51,187 nt of DNA from a virus. Its lineage: Duplodnaviria > Caudoviricetes. Below, one piece after another: positions 26,170 to 35,666 of this stretch (positions are counted from its first letter, which is position 1; every line of letters starts with the position of its first letter). The position numbers were made by a program, and so were the translations under genes. The stretch spans positions 1-51,187 of IMG/VR virus record IMGVR_UViG_3300027752_000028; one strand, given 5' to 3'. The notes beneath the pieces are model-generated. The model made no database searches, was not told where the DNA came from, and worked only from the letters and a program-made list of their open reading frames with translations.

Positions 26170-26718
26170 ATGTCAAAACCAAACATAATATCAAAAACGG
26201 GAAATTTTATTGAAAATAATAAAATACCATTGTTGTATGTTGGAGGTGCTATAATAGTTGTTATTGCAGTAATCCCACTAGTAAGAAGATTGTACTCAAT
26301 TCTTGACCCATCTGTAAGGGGTGCTAAAGATGTAGATTCAATAATTAAAGGTATAAAGATTGATATGAGTAAAACAACCATAACAGAAACACAAGCTAGA
26401 GTTATGGCTAATCAACTTGTTAATTATATGTCTATTGGAGACGGAACTGACGAAGAAGGAATAGAATCTGTTTTTAATAAGATAGAAAATGAAGATGATA
26501 TGAAGTTGCTATATGTAACTTTTGGAAAAAGACCATATTCTTTTATAAATACGGGAGAAGCAAGTGGAGTTTTGGGAGGTATATTTGAAAATGCGGGTGG
26601 ATATGATGAGACTGACTTGTTGGGTTGGCTAGAGTTAGAGTTAGGGGTTGGAGATGGTTCAACAGTTGAATTAGTAAATCAAAAACTATCATTAATGGGT
26701 TTAAGTATAAGTGTATAA
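26170..26718 (+). CDS. N-anchored protein with an annexin-like repeat
   Basis: TM, then LVNYM..GDGTDEEGIESVF...L...F and DLLGWLELELG, matching the annexin repeat pattern. Confidence 0.6.
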   Translation: MSKPNIISKTGNFIENNKIPLLYVGGAIIVVIAVIPLVRRLYSILDPSVRGAKDVDSIIKGIKIDMSKTTITETQARVMANQLVNYMSIGDGTDEEGIESVFNKIENEDDMKLLYVTFGKRPYSFINTGEASGVLGGIFENAGGYDETDLLGWLELELGVGDGSTVELVNQKLSLMGLSISV

Positions 26719-26727
26719 ACTAATAAA

Positions 26728-27246
26728 ATGAAAAAAAACAAAGTAACATATATAGTTTTAGGAACTATAATAGGTCTAGGTTTAACGTATTTTGGATATA
26801 CTTTAATCAAACCAAAAAGTGATAGTAAAGATGATGATGATGATGATGATGTTGTTGTTGTTAATAATCCTTATGGAGACGATATTATAGATGGTAAAAA
26901 AGTATCAAAGGATTCTTTTCCCTTAAAGATAGCTTCTAAAGGTTTTAAAGTACAAGTATTGCAATCAGCATTAAATAAATTAGGAGCATCTTTAACAGTA
27001 GATGGTAGGTTTGGAGAAAAAACCTATGATGCAATATGGGATTATGCAGATTTGCCTTGGTATGCTTGGAGACAAACTCTCTTTACAAGGCTAAATGTGT
27101 TGTCTAAAGATAATTACGAGCAAATATTAGCTAACGCAACTGAAAAAGGTTGGGTTATTAAAAACGCAGAGGATTCTGCATCTGTATCTTGGTTGCCTTT
27201 TGTTCAAGGTGGAGATGATTGGAGTTATAACAATTTAAGAATGTAA
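26728..27246 (+). CDS. N-anchored protein with a peptidoglycan-binding (PG_binding_1) domain
   Basis: PLKIASKGFKVQVLQSALN...VDGRFGEKT. Confidence 0.8.
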   Translation: MKKNKVTYIVLGTIIGLGLTYFGYTLIKPKSDSKDDDDDDDVVVVNNPYGDDIIDGKKVSKDSFPLKIASKGFKVQVLQSALNKLGASLTVDGRFGEKTYDAIWDYADLPWYAWRQTLFTRLNVLSKDNYEQILANATEKGWVIKNAEDSASVSWLPFVQGGDDWSYNNLRM

Positions 27247-27248
27247 TT

Positions 27249-27602
27249 ATGGCTAAACCTTATTTTAATCGTAAACTATACCCACACACAACTAATTGTC
27301 AAACTTTAGATGCCCAAATAAGCAGATTAAGAGATGATAAGGATTTAGTTTACAGAGGGGAAATGGGTGGCAGTAGGAGAGAGGTAAAAGACCTTTTACT
27401 AGCAAAAGAAGTTCAGTTTGAAACTCAACTTTGTAGTAGGGTGTTAGAAGATTCAAGTGTGTATCAAACTTTAGAAATGCAACAAGATGAGTTTGAAGAT
27501 TTGGAAAATAGAATAATTGGAGAATCTAACATTAAGAGAAATGTTATGCTTGTTACGGGTGGAGTTGTTTTAATTGTTGGTTTAGCAATATTTATAAAAT
27601 AA
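27249..27602 (+). CDS. C-anchored coiled-coil membrane protein (paralogue of 27607)
   Basis: Shares YP..., CQ.L, C..VL, L..RI and GG.VL..G with the next ORF. Confidence 0.8.
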   Translation: MAKPYFNRKLYPHTTNCQTLDAQISRLRDDKDLVYRGEMGGSRREVKDLLLAKEVQFETQLCSRVLEDSSVYQTLEMQQDEFEDLENRIIGESNIKRNVMLVTGGVVLIVGLAIFIK

Positions 27603-27606
27603 AGAT

Positions 27607-28092
27607 ATGGGTTGGTTAAAAGATGTAGTTAATCCTAGCGGTGCAGAACAAGATAGGTATGAAGCCCTATTAAAAGAAAAAAGGAAGCAATATCCTAAAG
27701 TAACATACAACTTTGATTCTTGGAAGGCTTTGTCTCCAAATCAAAGAGAAACACAATGTCAATCTTTAAGTAGGGATGTAGAGGTTTTAAGGTTATTAAA
27801 GGCGGGTAAATTAGATGATAACGCATTATCTGATGGACATAGAGTTGACGAAAGAGGTATAAGGGTTTATACTAGATTATATAGTGAGTATTTTTCAGTT
27901 TATCAAAAAAGACAATGTGATGGAGTATTAAATACATCAGTTGTAAATCAAGATTCGATTGAACTTTTAAGAAAAGCAGATGAATTGCAAGATAGAATTG
28001 AAAAAGACCTTCAAAAGCAAAGAACAATTATTATTGCAGTTGGTGGTATTGTTTTGTTACTAGGAACAACATTAATATTAAGAAAGTTATGA
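27607..28092 (+). CDS. C-anchored coiled-coil membrane protein (paralogue of 27249)
   Basis: IIIAVGGIVLLLGTTLILRKL. Confidence 0.8.
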   Translation: MGWLKDVVNPSGAEQDRYEALLKEKRKQYPKVTYNFDSWKALSPNQRETQCQSLSRDVEVLRLLKAGKLDDNALSDGHRVDERGIRVYTRLYSEYFSVYQKRQCDGVLNTSVVNQDSIELLRKADELQDRIEKDLQKQRTIIIAVGGIVLLLGTTLILRKL

Positions 28093-28382
28093 TGAATAAT
28101 ATAGAATTAAATAGTATCGAAGATGTAGGATTCACAAACCCTAGTTTCAGTCCACAATGGAGTAAAGTAGATGGTGTACAAGAAGATTCTGAAACACCTT
28201 ACTTTGGTCAGTTAGACCCCGATTGGAGGGCTAAAACTCAAGCAGTACTTGATGAGCAAAAACAAGCAATGATTGACATTGAAAAAAGAGAAAGAGCAAA
28301 TAGTCTACCAAAAGAAAGTTTAATTTTAGTTGGTGGAGCAGTAATATTGCTTACAGTTTTAATAATTTATAAAAACAAATAA
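28089..28382 (+). CDS. C-anchored membrane protein
   Basis: LILVGGAVILLTVLIIYKNK. Confidence 0.8.
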   Translation: MMNNIELNSIEDVGFTNPSFSPQWSKVDGVQEDSETPYFGQLDPDWRAKTQAVLDEQKQAMIDIEKRERANSLPKESLILVGGAVILLTVLIIYKNK

Positions 28383-28384
28383 AT

Positions 28385-28690
28385 ATGATTTTAGATACAA
28401 ATTTTCAAAATGCTTGTGGTTGTGAATCACATTCAAGTATAGATGGTCAGTCAGTAGAACAAGGCGGTAGAGATATTTTAAATACCGTTCATTCGGGGGC
28501 GGTTGATATTTTTGATATGGTAAAAAGCACGGGAGGTTTTGTTGTAGAGGAAGCTAAAGAGGGTTATGACAGAGTAAAAGATGAAGGAGTTAAACTAGAC
28601 GAAAAAGAAAGAGTTATTAAATCAATTCCAAACTCATATATAGTTTTTGGTGCTATTGGATTACTAATTTTTAGTATGGTAAAAAAATAA
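28385..28690 (+). CDS. C-anchored membrane protein
   Basis: FQNACGC near the N-terminus; YIVFGAIGLLIFSMVKK. Confidence 0.8.
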   Translation: MILDTNFQNACGCESHSSIDGQSVEQGGRDILNTVHSGAVDIFDMVKSTGGFVVEEAKEGYDRVKDEGVKLDEKERVIKSIPNSYIVFGAIGLLIFSMVKK

Positions 28691-29242
28691 ATGAAAAAAC
28701 TCTTATTCATAATAGGATTGGGTGGTATTGGATATGGTTTATACTATTATTTCAGAAAACAATTAGACTTGGCTCTTGACTTTGATTTTAGTATAAAAGA
28801 TATTGAGGTTTTAGCTTTAGACAATGATGGTGTTAATTTGGGATTATTAATATCTGTTACTAATAAATCATCTTTTGCAATAGAGGTTATAGATTATGAT
28901 ATTGATATGATATATGAGGGAACTACAATAGCAAAGGCAAAAAGTAGTCAAAAATTTATTGTTCAAGGAGATTCTTCTTTTGATGTTCCAACTAATGCCT
29001 ATATTAAGTTTAAAGGGTCAGAGGGTATATTAGATGATTTAGGTCTTTCATTACTTAAATCTAAATCAATAAAAGTAGATTTAATAGGAGATATGAATAT
29101 TGTTTTTGGAAGTATATCAAAAGAGGTTATATTTAATGTTAGAGACGTTGTTTTAACCGAGGACTTGGCAGTAACAATGGGTGTTAACAAGACAATAGAT
29201 AAACTAAATAAGTTTTTAGAAGGTTTAGGTATAAAAATATAA
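28691..29242 (+). CDS. N-anchored LEA_2/WHy-like domain protein
   Basis: TM, then VTNKSSFAIEVIDYDIDMIYEGTTIA pattern of the LEA type-2 beta sandwich. Confidence 0.65.
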   Translation: MKKLLFIIGLGGIGYGLYYYFRKQLDLALDFDFSIKDIEVLALDNDGVNLGLLISVTNKSSFAIEVIDYDIDMIYEGTTIAKAKSSQKFIVQGDSSFDVPTNAYIKFKGSEGILDDLGLSLLKSKSIKVDLIGDMNIVFGSISKEVIFNVRDVVLTEDLAVTMGVNKTIDKLNKFLEGLGIKI

Positions 29243-29295
29243 TTTGTTTTAGTAAATAATTTATCTTTACTATTCACAAATAAATTACAAGGAGT

Positions 29296-29691
29296 ATGAT
29301 TTTATCAAAGACACAAAAAATAATGAAAACGGGTATTTTAAAGTATTCTAAAGAGTTAGAAATAACTAAAGACAGTACACAAATACTTGTTACATCAGAC
29401 GAAGCGGATGGTGTTGATTATACAATATGTAATAGTTGGTGTCCAACTTTAAAGGTATCATTTAAGGATATTATGGATGTTAGGGTTGATTTATTGGGTT
29501 TTGAGATGATGGCTTCGCCATTTTTAAGAAAAAGTGTTGATATGTATGCAAATTATTACGAGACCCTACCTAAAGAAATTAATATGTTCATATTTGAAAA
29601 GAACGATAAAGTTGGTGTGGCGGTTTACGAAAGAACATCGTTTAAAGAAGTAATATCATTAGAAAAGCAGTTTGGAAGATTAGGAATATAA
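29296..29691 (+). CDS. Hypothetical protein
   Basis: 131-aa ORF in the operon. Confidence 0.75.
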   Translation: MILSKTQKIMKTGILKYSKELEITKDSTQILVTSDEADGVDYTICNSWCPTLKVSFKDIMDVRVDLLGFEMMASPFLRKSVDMYANYYETLPKEINMFIFEKNDKVGVAVYERTSFKEVISLEKQFGRLGI

Positions 29692-29700
29692 TTTTATAAA

Positions 29701-29988
29701 ATGTCAGTAGAAAGAAAAAAAACGACTAAAGCAACATCTGTTAGTGCAAGAGATATGGAGTGGATTAAAGAAAAACTAACAGAGATAGACGATGATTTAA
29801 AGGCATTAAAACAAACTGTTATAGGTAATAAAGAATATGGTCAAAAGGGATTGGTAGAGCAAGTTAATGAGCATAGGAAGTACCTAGAATCAGATAAGCA
29901 CTTTAAGGCAAAAGTTGTCGGTGGTTCTTTAGTAGTTGGAACAGTTTGGACTTTGCTACTTAAATTTTGGGATAAAATATTTATATAA
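29701..29988 (+). CDS. Coiled-coil protein with C-terminal hydrophobic helix
   Basis: IGN..YGQKGLV; VVGGSLVVGTVWTLLLKFW. Confidence 0.75.
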   Translation: MSVERKKTTKATSVSARDMEWIKEKLTEIDDDLKALKQTVIGNKEYGQKGLVEQVNEHRKYLESDKHFKAKVVGGSLVVGTVWTLLLKFWDKIFI

Positions 29989-29998
29989 AAAAAAGATT

Positions 29999-31552
29999 AT
30001 GGCAATTACAGTTTCAACACCAAATAACGTAGAATCTAATAACGGAAACTCGTTAGCAGTATTTAAGGAATCAACTACTAATAAGTTTTATGTTAAAGAT
30101 ATTAACGGGCAAATACAAGATATAGCTTCGGGCTTGGGTCTTACGGTAATATTTGAAATAGGAACGGGTGCAAATAGCACACAAAGGATTGGTTCGGGTA
30201 CTTCAAGTGGAGATGGCTCTACTATAAGTGGTGGTGTCGGTAATGATGCAAGTGGTCTATCCTCAACAATAAGTGGTGGTTCTAATAACACCGCAAGTGG
30301 TCTATCCTCAACAATAAGTGGTGGTTCTAATAACGCTACAAGTTTAAGTGGCTCAACAATAAGTGGTGGTTCGGGTAACACATCAAGTGGGAATTACTCA
30401 ACAATAGGTGGTGGTACAATTCAAAATGCGAGTGGCTTAAACTCAACAATAGGTGGTGGTACTACTAACATCGCAAGTAATCCAAATTCAACAGTAAGTG
30501 GTGGTTCTAGTAATACTGCAAGTGGGTATGTTTATGGAAAATCAACAGTAGGTGGTGGAAATAGTAATACCGCAAGTGCCGACAACTCAACAGTAAGTGG
30601 TGGGCAAAATAATACCGCAAGTGGAGAATATTCCACAACAGTAGGTGGTGGGCAAAATAACACCGCAAGTACAAATTATGCTACAGTAAGTGGTGGTACT
30701 ACTAACATCGCAAGTAATCTAAACTCAACAGTAGGTGGTGGTAATACTAACACCGCAAGTGGAAGTGATTCAACAGTAAGTGGTGGTAAAACTAACACCG
30801 CAAGTAAACAAAACTCAACAGTAGGTGGTGGTAATACTAACACCGCAAGTGGCCCCGATTCAACAGTAGGTGGTGGTAATACTAACACCGCAAGTAATGT
30901 AAGCTCAACCCTAAGTGGTGGTTCGGGTAACACATCAAGTGGAAGTGCTTCAACAGTAGGTGGTGGGCAAACCAACACTGCAAAGGGAGGTAATTCGACA
31001 GTAAGTGGTGGTGGGTATAACACATCAAGTGCAGGTAATTCGACAGTAAGTGGTGGATATGGTAACGGTGGTAGTGGAGGATTTGCAACAGTAAGTGGTG
31101 GTGGGTATAACACCGCAAGTGGTGTTTATTCAGTAGTTGGTGGAGGATTTGAAAATAGTGCGAGTAATACAGATTGTACAGTTGGTGGTGGAAGTACTAA
31201 TACATCGAGTGGTGCTGATGGTACTGTAGGTGGTGGTCTAGAAAACGTAGCAAGTGGACAATTTTCGGCAGTTTGTGGTGGAACTAAAAACCAAGCAACG
31301 GCTTTACAATCAACAATATGTGGTGGAGAAAATAACGTAGCAAGTGCCGTTGAATCATCTATTTTAGGGGGTTCTCAAAATTCGACATCAACATTTCAAA
31401 ACTCACATATATTGGGTAGCAATATAACTTCGGATAGGATTGATTGTGCGTTTGTAGAAAACCTATCTATAAAGAGCATACCAACCGCAGCAGTAGGTTT
31501 GCCTAGTGGCTCTTTATGGAGCAATGCGGGAGTAATTAATATAGTACCATAA
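29999..31552 (+). CDS. Putative spike/fibre (receptor-binding) protein with about 14-aa STV(S/G)GG..NTAS repeats
   Basis: Track ORF 29936..31552; the A-rich-preceded ATG at 29999 (MAITVST) is the likelier start. About 27 beta-helix-type repeats; C-terminal GLPSGSLW. Confidence 0.75.
   Translation: MAITVSTPNNVESNNGNSLAVFKESTTNKFYVKDINGQIQDIASGLGLTVIFEIGTGANSTQRIGSGTSSGDGSTISGGVGNDASGLSSTISGGSNNTASGLSSTISGGSNNATSLSGSTISGGSGNTSSGNYSTIGGGTIQNASGLNSTIGGGTTNIASNPNSTVSGGSSNTASGYVYGKSTVGGGNSNTASADNSTVSGGQNNTASGEYSTTVGGGQNNTASTNYATVSGGTTNIASNLNSTVGGGNTNTASGSDSTVSGGKTNTASKQNSTVGGGNTNTASGPDSTVGGGNTNTASNVSSTLSGGSGNTSSGSASTVGGGQTNTAKGGNSTVSGGGYNTSSAGNSTVSGGYGNGGSGGFATVSGGGYNTASGVYSVVGGGFENSASNTDCTVGGGSTNTSSGADGTVGGGLENVASGQFSAVCGGTKNQATALQSTICGGENNVASAVESSILGGSQNSTSTFQNSHILGSNITSDRIDCAFVENLSIKSIPTAAVGLPSGSLWSNAGVINIVP
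30215..31390 (+). repeat. About 42-bp coding tandem repeat array in the fibre gene
   Basis: tcaacagta(a/g)gtggtgg......aacaccgcaagt units. Confidence 0.9.
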
Positions 31553-31575
31553 ATAATAATAAAAAATAAATTAAA

Positions 31576-31881
31576 ATGGAAAAATTCACATTACATATAT
31601 TTGCTTACGGAGAAACTCAAATAATATCAGAAGAATTAAATGTTAAGGTTAAAACATCTGAATTAACTAAAGCTGAACCTTTAATTGATGCAGTTTGGTC
31701 TGAAAAGCCCGAAGATGTAGGCGGTAATAAAGACGACTTTAGTAACATTAGTTTTTTTGATTTTACTAAAATTGCTTGGGCGGGAAAAACTAAACAAGAA
31801 ACTTTTATAATTAAAGAAGAAGATTCTACGGTAAAAGAACTTATTAATGATTTAATTGCAGAGTTAGAAACTAAAAAATAA
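31576..31881 (+). CDS. Hypothetical acidic protein (possible fibre chaperone)
   Basis: 101 aa directly after the fibre gene; function inferred from position only. Confidence 0.7.
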   Translation: MEKFTLHIFAYGETQIISEELNVKVKTSELTKAEPLIDAVWSEKPEDVGGNKDDFSNISFFDFTKIAWAGKTKQETFIIKEEDSTVKELINDLIAELETKK

Positions 31882-31888
31882 TTCTAAT

Positions 31889-32719
31889 ATGATTGATAAG
31901 CATATTTTTTTTAATTCATCATTACCGAGGGCGGGTTCAACTTTAATATCTAATATTATTGCTCAAAATCCAAACTTTTACTGCACACCAACATCGGGTT
32001 TGTGTGAGTTAATTTTAAATTCAAAATCTGCTTATAATCACGGACAACGATTTATAGCCCAAGACCCTAACGAGATGGAACGTGCTTTTTTAAGTTTCGC
32101 AAAATTTGGTATGCAAGGCTATTTTAAAGGAATTACAGATAAGCCATATATTTTAGATAAAAATAGAGATTGGGGTATTAACTACAATCTTATTGATAAG
32201 ATACAAGGCACTCCAAAAATTATTTGGATGATTAGAGATGTAAGGGCTATATATTCTTCTATGGAGAAAAACTTTAGAAAAAACCCTCACAAAAATAATC
32301 ACATACAAGAAGCATCTAAATTAGTTGGCACTACATTAGAGAAAAGAATAGATATTTGGGCTGATGGATTACCCGTAGGTATAGCTATGGATAGACTGAA
32401 AGATGTTTTTCAACAAGGTTTAAATAAACATATTTTATTTGTTAGATATGAAGATTTAATGTCTAATCCACAAGTTCAAATGGATAGGATATATAGTTAC
32501 CTAGAGATTAAGAGTTACGAACACACTTTTGATAAAATAAATCAAGTAACGCAAGAGAATGACACTATACACGGAATATATGGCGACCATAAGTTAAGAG
32601 AAGAATTTAGAATGATTCCTAATGACTATGATAAGGTTTTAGGAGTTGATTTAAGCAACAAAATAAAAAACTCATACGATTGGTTTTACAAAAGATTTTA
32701 CTCTTTAAAAGAAATATAA
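31889..32719 (+). CDS. Sulfotransferase family protein
   Basis: 5'-PSB loop SLPRAGSTL, 3'-PB motif IRDVRAIYSS, RYEDL. Confidence 0.85.
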   Translation: MIDKHIFFNSSLPRAGSTLISNIIAQNPNFYCTPTSGLCELILNSKSAYNHGQRFIAQDPNEMERAFLSFAKFGMQGYFKGITDKPYILDKNRDWGINYNLIDKIQGTPKIIWMIRDVRAIYSSMEKNFRKNPHKNNHIQEASKLVGTTLEKRIDIWADGLPVGIAMDRLKDVFQQGLNKHILFVRYEDLMSNPQVQMDRIYSYLEIKSYEHTFDKINQVTQENDTIHGIYGDHKLREEFRMIPNDYDKVLGVDLSNKIKNSYDWFYKRFYSLKEI

Positions 32720-32732
32720 AAAAATAAAAGTT

Positions 32733-33404
32733 ATGATAGTATTTGAAATAGAAGGAAGTTCACTAAGGGTTTTAAGTGGTAAAACAATCTTAATGTTAAT
32801 GCCACTTAAAAATATAGCACTTAATTCATTAGAGTTATTCAATGACCCTCCAACGGCTACACTATATAATCTAAATGTTGGTCAAAATGAAGTTTTATTA
32901 AGTCAGCCATTAGACAATATTGAAAATTCAGATGGATTGACTTTTACTCCAATTACTTTTTTAGCTTTTGCTTCTTTAAATTTTGGAGTAGATTCAATGG
33001 TTGATGTTACAAGTACTTCCACAATAGGATTATCGGGTACAAATGTTTTTTCATTAATTAATAGTGCGGAAGCGTTTGGTGGAAATAGTGGAGTTTTGAA
33101 AACTCGTCACGGGGTTTTATACGGTTTTTCTTTTACAAGTTTAACGGTTGAAAAACCAAGCATCATATATGTCAGTTTTTTCGATTCAAAAAGTGTTGAA
33201 GAATTTTTCACACCAATAATGCAAATAGCAGTTCCTTATGCAACGGGTGGGAGTTTTATTTCAGAATCTTTCCCTTTAGGTATTGATTTTAGAACTGCTA
33301 TTGGATATGCTATTACTTTAGAGCCTTGGAATCCTAAAGGAACACCAAATCCTCCCGCAGATAATTCTTTGGCAATGACTATAACTTACGATAGTATTGC
33401 ATAA
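32733..33404 (+). CDS. Beta-rich putative structural (vertex/decoration) protein
   Basis: C-terminal GVLYGF...YVSFFD...GIDFRTAIGYAIT beta-sandwich pattern. Confidence 0.6.
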   Translation: MIVFEIEGSSLRVLSGKTILMLMPLKNIALNSLELFNDPPTATLYNLNVGQNEVLLSQPLDNIENSDGLTFTPITFLAFASLNFGVDSMVDVTSTSTIGLSGTNVFSLINSAEAFGGNSGVLKTRHGVLYGFSFTSLTVEKPSIIYVSFFDSKSVEEFFTPIMQIAVPYATGGSFISESFPLGIDFRTAIGYAITLEPWNPKGTPNPPADNSLAMTITYDSIA

Positions 33405-33426
33405 AATATTTATTTAAAATAAAAAA

Positions 33427-33969
33427 ATGGAAGTAACAGAAAAAATACCAATAGGTCTACAAATATTAAATAAATTCATTTGGGAAAAACCTCAAATGGT
33501 AGTTGATATATTAAGAAAAAACGGGATAGAAGTTTCAAGCAAACCAACACTTCCCGAAATAATAAGAAAGTCTGTACAAGCCGTAACAGATGAAAACCAA
33601 GGTTTTATTGAAGATACCGATAAAGCTATTGCAAGTCAAGGCGAAAGTGGTTTTGTGGTTACTGCAATTATGATTGGAATAAGCATAGCGACTGCAATAC
33701 AAGGTGGTATTCAAGCAAAGAAGCAAAGAAGGGCAATGCTTAATATGAAGCTAATGGAATTGGCAAGTAACGAGAAACTTACTTATGCTAATATTCAAGC
33801 AATGAAAGAGCAATCTCGTATTGAGATTTTGACCAATACAATATTAGAGTATGGTAAATCACTTCAAAGTGAATCAACACAAAGACAGAAAGACACTGCC
33901 TTGTTTATCGGTATAATGGGAGTTGGTCTAGCGGTAGTATATGCTACAATACAAATTTTTAAAAAGTAA
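33427..33969 (+). CDS. Membrane protein; N-terminal domain related to the 21750 ORF
   Basis: LRKNGIEVS..PT..EII aligns with MRSQGINIS..AT..QVI; two hydrophobic helices. Confidence 0.8.
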   Translation: MEVTEKIPIGLQILNKFIWEKPQMVVDILRKNGIEVSSKPTLPEIIRKSVQAVTDENQGFIEDTDKAIASQGESGFVVTAIMIGISIATAIQGGIQAKKQRRAMLNMKLMELASNEKLTYANIQAMKEQSRIEILTNTILEYGKSLQSESTQRQKDTALFIGIMGVGLAVVYATIQIFKK

Positions 33970-33972
33970 GAT

Positions 33973-34353
33973 ATGAAAGATATAGTATATAAAAATGCAA
34001 CGGGAACACCACCACCAACCAATGGCGGTGGCGGTGGTGGGGATTTAATCGTAGAAGGGGCAAAAATAATAATTGGTTTTGTTTCTAATTCTATTACTGC
34101 TCAAAAGAATAGAGAATTACAAGAGAAATTAGCTACACTAACTTTAAAGCAACAAAAAGAACTTACCGAAAGGATGCAAGATGCAAATACTGAAATCGAA
34201 AGATTAAACATTATGTATCAGACTTTTGCAGTTTTGGAGAATCAAAAACTTGTAGATAGCAGAAAAAGTAAGCAACTAACACTGTTTTACTTTTTAGGTG
34301 GTGGTTCTTTATTATTAGTAGGATTGGCAATAATATTTAAAAGAAAAAAATAA
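33973..34353 (+). CDS. Coiled-coil, C-anchored membrane protein
   Basis: YKNATG near the N-terminus; LFYFLGGGSLLLVGLAIIFKRKK. Confidence 0.8.
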   Translation: MKDIVYKNATGTPPPTNGGGGGGDLIVEGAKIIIGFVSNSITAQKNRELQEKLATLTLKQQKELTERMQDANTEIERLNIMYQTFAVLENQKLVDSRKSKQLTLFYFLGGGSLLLVGLAIIFKRKK

Positions 34354-34709
34354 TGGATAACGAGACAAAAAACATATTAAAGATTTTAGGAGTAGCGGTT
34401 CTTGTTTTATTTTTATTAAAGCCAAAAAAAGTTAAGCGTTCATTAGGTAAACCTTCAACAGATAGTGATACAGTAGCACCTCCAAAAACAGAATCTAATA
34501 GTGTTATTACCGACCAAGAATTTGAGAACGCAAGTATTTCTTTAAAGGCATATAGAAGTGCAGTTAATAACGAAGAATCTAAATCTGAATTGGATAAGTT
34601 AAATAAAATACTTATGAAAGATTATGGAATTAGTGTGTTTTTAGACCCAAAAAGCGGTAAATTGATTGCTAGAAATAGTAATGGCAAAGACATTGCAAAA
34701 GAAGAATAA
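34353..34709 (+). CDS. N-anchored membrane protein
   Basis: ILGVAVLVLFLLKPKK. Confidence 0.8.
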   Translation: MDNETKNILKILGVAVLVLFLLKPKKVKRSLGKPSTDSDTVAPPKTESNSVITDQEFENASISLKAYRSAVNNEESKSELDKLNKILMKDYGISVFLDPKSGKLIARNSNGKDIAKEE

Positions 34710-34711
34710 AT

Positions 34712-35221
34712 ATGGCGGGAGTTTACGCACCATCTCTTAAATTTAATGCTAATACTTGGGTTTCAGTTAAAGCTGCCGACTTAACATCTTATGAAGATAT
34801 ACAATCAACGCAAGGAACAATAGTGTATCGTGCTGAATCATTATACTTACAAACTAATTCAATAGACCAAATTAACGAACCTATTGATGTACAAATATAT
34901 GATTCAAACGGAAAGCTAACTAAAAATAAGCGAGTTAATGTTGCTGACACATACCAATTTCAACCCGCTATTAATATAGACCTAAAACAAAATCCTATCA
35001 TATTTAATGGTAGGACTAGAATAGTATTAAATTTACTCCCACTACAAAGCGTAAAACTATATTTTCAAACTGTTCAGTTAGAGCCATCAGATTTTTTAGA
35101 CGGTGGGAATAATTTTTTTAGTGAAGATTTTTTAGACACTTATGGTTTTTTTAAAGGGTACAACGAAAAGATACAAGAAAAAATAATGATTATAGAAAAG
35201 AGCATAAAGTTAAATAGCTAA
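34712..35221 (+). CDS. Capsid-protein paralogue (minor capsid/penton candidate)
   Basis: Collinear with the 20575 ORF: YLQ, Q..E, D.NG, D.YQ.Q, G.T.I, VKLYF. Confidence 0.7.
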   Translation: MAGVYAPSLKFNANTWVSVKAADLTSYEDIQSTQGTIVYRAESLYLQTNSIDQINEPIDVQIYDSNGKLTKNKRVNVADTYQFQPAINIDLKQNPIIFNGRTRIVLNLLPLQSVKLYFQTVQLEPSDFLDGGNNFFSEDFLDTYGFFKGYNEKIQEKIMIIEKSIKLNS

Positions 35222-35230
35222 AAAATTATT

Positions 35231-35587
35231 ATGGCTAGTATAAAACAAGACATATCACTTCAAGTAGTGAACAATAATTTTTCAGCAACTAAATTCTCTT
35301 TGTTGGGTGGAACACAAGACCCCTCAAATGGTCAAGCTAATTCCACTATTTTTTATCAATATGATTTAACTGCTGAAACATTCATAGGTACTGTTGGTGT
35401 ATCTATACAAGCATCTACGGTTACAAATCCAACAGTATTTACATATACTACAAATGGAGATATTACAGATGTTGGAGCGGTCTTAAACGCACTCAATAGT
35501 TTGAATTTAGGAATTTTTAATCGTGGTGGAAATAGTATTTTCATTATTGACAGAATTAATATTTTTGGAAACTTGACTATTTTTTAA
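35231..35587 (+). CDS. Beta-rich putative structural protein
   Basis: N-terminus ISLQVVN..ATKFSLLG weakly resembles the capsid segment YIVTVTS..TVNFAVLG. Confidence 0.7.
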   Translation: MASIKQDISLQVVNNNFSATKFSLLGGTQDPSNGQANSTIFYQYDLTAETFIGTVGVSIQASTVTNPTVFTYTTNGDITDVGAVLNALNSLNLGIFNRGGNSIFIIDRINIFGNLTIF

Positions 35588-35601
35588 AAGATATTTAAAA
35601 C

Positions 35602-35633
35602 AAAAAAAAGGTCACTATAAATAGCAACCTTTT
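35602..35633 (-). terminator. Terminator between convergent operons (best on the minus strand)
   Basis: Minus strand reads AAAAGGTTGCTAT-TT-ATAGTGACCTTTTTTTT. Confidence 0.7.
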
Positions 35634-35666
35634 AATTCCTTAACAAAAAAATAACGTGGTAAAACT

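Noticed and set aside
30088-31118. Antisense Pro/Leu- and His-rich ORFs over the fibre gene
   Set aside because: They are reverse-frame products of the GGT-rich 42-bp repeats.
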